In this document: positions 62,901 to 64,000 of the stretch, one piece after another
Layout of the letters: the number at the start of each line of letters is the position of its first letter
How positions within the stretch are numbered: the first letter of the stretch is position 1
Assembly (NCBI GenBank): GCA_964016885.1
Contig: CAXHJY010001477.1
Coordinates: 248,001-312,000 of the forward strand
DNA: 64,000 nucleotides
From: Eledone cirrhosa
Taxonomy: Eukaryota
Direction: 5' to 3'
Position numbers and translations under genes: made by a program
Notes under the pieces: model-generated
The model's database searches: none
Told to the model about the DNA's origin: nothing
Seen by the model: the letters and a program-made list of their open reading frames with translations, nothing else

Positions 62901-64000
62901 GAGAGGAGACTGTGTTGGTATAGACATGTGATGTGTATGGATGGAGAGAGAAACTAGGTATAAGAGGAATCAGATGAAATGTGTAGGAGAGGAGACTGTG
63001 TTGGTATAGACATGTGATGTGTATGGATGGACTGAGAGAGAAACTAGGTATGAGAGGAATCAGATGTAGTGTGTAGGAGAGGAGACTGTGTTGGTATAGA
63101 CATGTGATGTGTATGGATGGACTGAGAGAGAAACTAAGAATAAGAGGAATCAGATGTAGTGTGTAGGAGAGGAGACTGTGTTGGTATAGACATGTGATGT
63201 GTAAGGATGGAGAGAGAAACTAGGTATAAGAGGAATCAGATGTAGTGTGTATGAGAGGAGACTGTGTTGGTATAGTCATGTGATGTGTATGGATGAACTG
63301 AGAGAGAAACTAGGTATAAGAGGAATCAGATGTAGTGTGTAGGAAAGGAGACTGTGTTGGTATAGACATGTGATGTGTATGGATGGAGAGAGAATCTAGG
63401 TATAAGAGGAATCAGATGTAGTGTGTATGAGAGGAGACTGTGTTGGTATAGTCATGTGATGTGTATGGATGAACTGAGAGAGAAACTAGGTATAAGAGGA
63501 ATCAGATGTAGGAGAGGAGACTGTGTTGGTATAGACATGTGATGTGTATGGATGAACTGGGAGAGAAACTAGGTATAAGAGGAATCAGATGTAGTGTGTA
63601 GGAGAGGAGACTGTGTTGGTATAAACATGTGATGTGTATGGATGAACTGAGAGAGAAACTAGGGATAAGAGGAATCAGATGTAGTGTGTAGGAGAGGAGA
63701 CTGTGTTGGCATAGACATGTGATGTGTATGGATGAACTGGGAGAGAAACTAGGTATAAGAGGAATCAGATGTAGTGTGTAGGAGAGGACACTGTGTTGGT
63801 ATAGACATGTGATGTGTATGGATGGAGAGAGAAACTAGGGATAAGAGGAATCAGAGGTAGTGTGTAGGAGAGGAGACTGTGTTGGCATAGACATGTGATG
63901 TGTATGGATGAACTGGGAGAGAAACTAGGTATAAGAGGAATCAGATGTAGTGTGTAGGAGAGGACACTGTGTTGGTATAGACATGTGATGTGTATGGATG
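47994..64000 (+). repeat. ~90-bp (86-92) tandem array of at least 16 kb derived from RTE ORF coding sequence
   Basis: Unit GAACTGAGAGAGAAACTAGGTATAAGAGGAATCAGATGTAGTGTGTAGGAGAGGAGACTGTGTTGGTATAGACATGTGATGTGTATGGAT. Aligns to RTE 46665-46754. Confidence 0.97.

Overview
Eukaryotic, repeat-saturated DNA, probably cephalopod/octopus-like (inferred from the tRNA-CORE-RTE and Nin/Deu SINEs and the RTE LINEs with (ATG)n tails; not verified). The only host coding sequence found is three small minus-strand exons (47696-47889, 34617-34712, 11025-11168) that splice in frame into a C2-domain segment resembling PDZD8, so nearly the whole window appears intronic. The introns hold two Tx1-clade non-LTR retrotransposons, several RTE copies, SINEs, a Naiad-type Penelope element, a Penelope-derived ~1.35 kb hairpin, and five tandem arrays of four families (72 bp x2, 48, 49, 90 bp). 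Main finding: both Tx1 copies start at the same nucleotide of the 72-bp repeat. That repeat is the amplified interior of a ~210-bp TTAA-flanked piggyBac-like MITE, present unexpanded at 10292-10501. This resembles the Xenopus Tx1L-in-Tx1D composite. Three of the four satellite families trace to transposon segments visible in this same window.
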